64,000 bases of DNA from Chloropicon primus (taxonomy: Eukaryota), in contig CP060755.1 in the NCBI GenBank assembly GCA_023205875.1, forward strand, positions 434,001-498,000, written 5' to 3'. The notes under the pieces are model-generated. The model was not told the DNA's origin, searched no databases, and saw only the letters and a list, made by a program, of their open reading frames with translations. The translations under genes and the position numbers were made by a program. Shown here one piece after another: positions 60,644 to 64,000 of the stretch; positions within the stretch are counted from its first letter, which is position 1, and every line of letters begins with the position of its first letter.

Positions 60644-62129
60644 GCCGTCTTCGCGAGAGCGAGGACCAAGATTCGATGCAAACGATGCAAGCGAGGGGTC
60701 TGTCGAAAGAGGGCGAGACGATCTTCCGTTCCGCTCGACCTGTTCTCGCCCTAACGCCAGCTGAAGCGCCCTCCAAGCGATGCTAAAGACGCTTGAGCTT
60801 CAGCTCCGACGACAGCTCGTGACAGCAGCAATTTTACACTTATGCTGAGAGCGATGGTACACTTATGCTGAGAGCGCGAGAAAAAAGAAGAAGACAATTG
60901 GATTGTAATATGAATTTTCAAGAGGCGGCGGGTGGCTTGTAGCTTGGAGGTGTTCCCTTTTTGGATTGCATCATCATTCATGAGGTCCTTCCCTTCCTCG
61001 TCCTCCTCGTCCTCTTCGTCCTCTTCGTCCTCCTCCTCCCTCTTGTCCTCCTCTTGTTTTCACGAAACATGAGGGAGCTCGAAGAAACCCATGAATCAAG
61101 GAGGATGCGCCTTGTGGAAGAAGAGGTTTTCCATCGATGCGATTGCGATGCGATGTTTGACTGATGGGTCGCGATGTCTCGCTCGCGATAAAGTCCAAGA
61201 AGCAAAGTAGTAATGGCAATGGTGATCCAAACCAAACCAACCTCGAGGTCCTCACGATTACTCTAGTTAGTTCTTCCTTACTGTATTCTGTCTTCACCTG
61301 AGCCGTCAAGACCACGAGCGCGGTGCCAGCAAGACCATGTCTGTACAAAGCACTCGGCGTTCCTCCAGTTTTCTTGGCTTTCCTTTGTTTCCTTATCAAA
61401 CGCCTTAGTGTGCACGAGGTCCGTGTCTTGAAGAAAGGTCTTACGTAATCGTAATCCTCGTCCTGTCCCTGTGCTAACCAGGTGCTGAACGACCTACTGA
61501 AAGACAGAGAAAGAAAGAGTCTTCTGTCTCCTCCTTGTGCATTGCCCCTTGTCCTTCCCTTCTGTCTCATCCCCAAGGTCTTCCTTCTCTTTCTCTTTCT
61601 CTTTCTCTCTTCTCTTCTCTTCTTCGTTTGCTTTTGTGGCTTTGGTCTTGTTGGAAAAGAGGAAGGCATTGGCAGGAAGCGGGGCGCGCGAGAGTGGAGC
61701 AAGACTTTGAGCCCAAGCCCAAGGGTATCGGTTGTTCTTGTTGTGTTCTTGTGATAAAGATAGGATCTTTATCTTTATGAAAAGGTGGGTATAGGCTATA
61801 CGAAGGACCGAAGGACGTTGCGCGAGGTTGTCAACCTTTTTGGAAGCGAAAGAGGGCGCAGAACCCTTGAAGCGTGTCTGCTTTTGTGTCACGGGAAGGT
61901 TTAAGATTGGAGGTCTCTCCGTAATTGGCAGGCAAGGATAGAAACAAGTCGGAAGGGAGCGAGAAAGGGGGAGAGTGTCGGCCGCCAGCGTTGCGAACAG
62001 AGCCACAAGTATGGAGAAATAGGTACACAAGGCGACTCTATTTAGCTTCTTTGCTTTGGATTCTCGTGTATTTGTTTTCGGGAAGTGTTTGCCGGCAGAA
62101 CGTTGTGGTAGCCCGTTGTTCGTTGTGCT

Positions 62130-64000
62130 ATGTCCGATTTTTCTAAACCGAATACAGAAGACGAGATACAGCCCACACGTAGGTCCTTCATGCAGAATGA
62201 CAGAGGGATGACGAGGACCTTCAGTTCCAGGTCAGGGAAAGGGGACGAAGGTGAAACGAAGGTTAATGTGGTAATTGAGCCAGCCACCCCTGTCCCAACA
62301 TGGAGGCAGAAGCTCTTGACTTTGGTGGATTCGACATGGTTTTCCCTCGTGTCGACCTTTGTTACTATTTGGGCGTTGTTTGGTCAAGATATCCAGCTCG
62401 CCGGCACAGACAAAAGCACAGACGGAATCTTTGAAGGGTTGACCATAGCCTGTCTTGCCTTTTTCACGATGGAGCTTATCGGTACATCGATTGCCAAGCC
62501 CGTGGACTACTTCATGGGGTTCTATTTCTGGCTTGATTTCGTTGCCACGGCATCGATGATCTTTGATATTCCACAGGTGTTCGACGCCATCACGGCGAGT
62601 ATGAGCGACGACTCCGGTGGCGCGGCTCAGTCCACCACCGTGTTGAAAGCCGGCCGCGCCAGTAGGGCGGGAACCAAGGCTGGTAGGATCGCGAGACTCG
62701 TTCGTTTGATCCGTATTTTGAAGCTGTACAAGCAGTACATTGCGAGAAAGGAAGAGCTCAGAAAGGGTAACCTGGTCGTTGAGGATGACGAGGAGGAGAA
62801 CCAGAGCAGAGTCGGACAGAAGCTTTCTGACTTGACCACGAGGCGTGTCATCATCGGAGTGCTTGCGATGCTTTTCATGTTGCCTCTTTTCGACTTGAAG
62901 GGAGGATACTACGACGAGCCCCTCGGACTGGACTACTACGGCCTTGAGATGCTTCACAAGATGCACCAGGCCGGGCAAGACCCTCAGTACACGCTGTTCT
63001 TTGACTCCACCGTGGACACTTTCAAGAATGGAGTGAAGGCGTCAAAGACGAGTACTGGCGGAAAAACCACCCACAAGGTGTATCACCTCGTGGTCTGCGA
63101 CGAGGTCCTCATCGAGGGAGAAAGCAAGAGACCTGATTTCAGGAAAGATTTGGAGACCTTGGAGTACGCTTACACGAACGAGTTCACCGAGTGCGTCTCT
63201 ACGGTGTACTTTGACACCAAGTGGGAGAGTCAGCTGCAAGCGATCTTGAATATTATGAGGACCTTGTTCATCTGTATTATCCTTCTGGTGGGAGCAATGT
63301 CTTTCAGCAAGGATGCGAACCAGCTGGTTTTGATCCCTATTGAGAGAATGATCAAGAAGGTTCGTTTGCTGTCAGACAACCCCCTTGCTGGATCCAAGAT
63401 GAAGACGGAGACCGGCGGGGAGGACTCCCAGTACGAGACCAGGATTCTGGAGAACGCCTTCATCAAGATCAGTAGCTTGCTCGCTATCGGTTTCGGTGAT
63501 GCTGGTGCTGAGATCATCGGAGAGAACATGAAGAGCGGCGGAAACATCAATGCTATGGTCCCTGGTAAGAAGATGTACGCCATCTTCGGGTTCTGTGATA
63601 TCCGTCAGTTCACGGACGCCACGGAGGTGCTCCAGGAGGGCATCATGGAGTTCGTCAACAGTATCGCCAAGATTGTCCACATGGAGGTCGCCATGCACGG
63701 CGGTAGCGCCAACAAGAACATCGGTGACGCTTTCCTCCTCGTGTGGAAGTTCCCTCCTGGCACCACTGCTGATGACCTCGCGAACGTTGACTCCCTGCCA
63801 GCCGAGAAGAGGGAGGCGATCAAGAGCTTGGCCGACAAGGCTTTGGCCAGTTTTGTCATCATCATGTCCGGTCTCAAGAGGTCCAAGATGTTGAACCGCT
63901 ACAGGACCCACCCCGGGCTCAACGAGCGTATGCCAAACTATGACGTGAAAATGGGTTTCGGTCTCCACGCTGGCTGGGCCATTGAGGGAGCCATCGGTAG
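62130..64000 (+). CDS. Class III adenylyl cyclase fused to an ion-channel-like voltage-sensor membrane domain (3' part beyond window)
   Basis: Manual translation from ATG 62130: YFMGFYFWLDFVAT, S4-like KAGRASRAGTKAGRIARLVRLIRILKLYK, SRVGQKLSDLTTRRVI, IPIERM, LLAIGFGDAGAEII, FGFCDIRQFTDATEVLQE, NKNIGDAFLLVWK, MGFGLHAGWAIEGAIG. Missing from the ORF track. Confidence 0.93.
   Translation, partial: MSDFSKPNTEDEIQPTRRSFMQNDRGMTRTFSSRSGKGDEGETKVNVVIEPATPVPTWRQKLLTLVDSTWFSLVSTFVTIWALFGQDIQLAGTDKSTDGIFEGLTIACLAFFTMELIGTSIAKPVDYFMGFYFWLDFVATASMIFDIPQVFDAITASMSDDSGGAAQSTTVLKAGRASRAGTKAGRIARLVRLIRILKLYKQYIARKEELRKGNLVVEDDEEENQSRVGQKLSDLTTRRVIIGVLAMLFMLPLFDLKGGYYDEPLGLDYYGLEMLHKMHQAGQDPQYTLFFDSTVDTFKNGVKASKTSTGGKTTHKVYHLVVCDEVLIEGESKRPDFRKDLETLEYAYTNEFTECVSTVYFDTKWESQLQAILNIMRTLFICIILLVGAMSFSKDANQLVLIPIERMIKKVRLLSDNPLAGSKMKTETGGEDSQYETRILENAFIKISSLLAIGFGDAGAEIIGENMKSGGNINAMVPGKKMYAIFGFCDIRQFTDATEVLQEGIMEFVNSIAKIVHMEVAMHGGSANKNIGDAFLLVWKFPPGTTADDLANVDSLPAEKREAIKSLADKALASFVIIMSGLKRSKMLNRYRTHPGLNERMPNYDVKMGFGLHAGWAIEGAIG

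Overview
Gene-dense, GC-rich eukaryotic nuclear DNA from a photosynthetic green alga. Evidence: nuclear PsaF, PsbS, PsbR and plastid-targeted L17; short GT-AG introns rich in microsatellites; recurrent TGTAA chlorophyte-type poly(A) signals. The style suggests a compact-genome chlorophyte picoalga such as Chloropicon (inference only). About 33 protein-coding genes can be supported, many spliced. Two are absent from the ORF track because they run off the window: HDDC2 at the left end and an ion-channel-type adenylyl cyclase at the right end. No rRNA, tRNA, CRISPR array or transposase was seen. Highlights: (1) a secreted acidic protein resembling coral skeletal aspartic-acid-rich (SAARP/CARP4-type) proteins; (2) a head-to-head PsbS / N-terminally extended PsbR pair; (3) flagellar and excitability genes (MOK/LF4, TBCCD1, MNS1, CFAP73, an EEEE four-domain Ca2+ channel, a voltage-sensor-adenylyl cyclase fusion); (4) bacterial-type enzymes (sugar-transfer-associated ATP-grasp ligase, VanY D,D-carboxypeptidase, penicillin/AHL acylase, stand-alone BtaB); (5) a candidate structured snoRNA near 6.75 kb. 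All family assignments are by motif recognition, without database searches.
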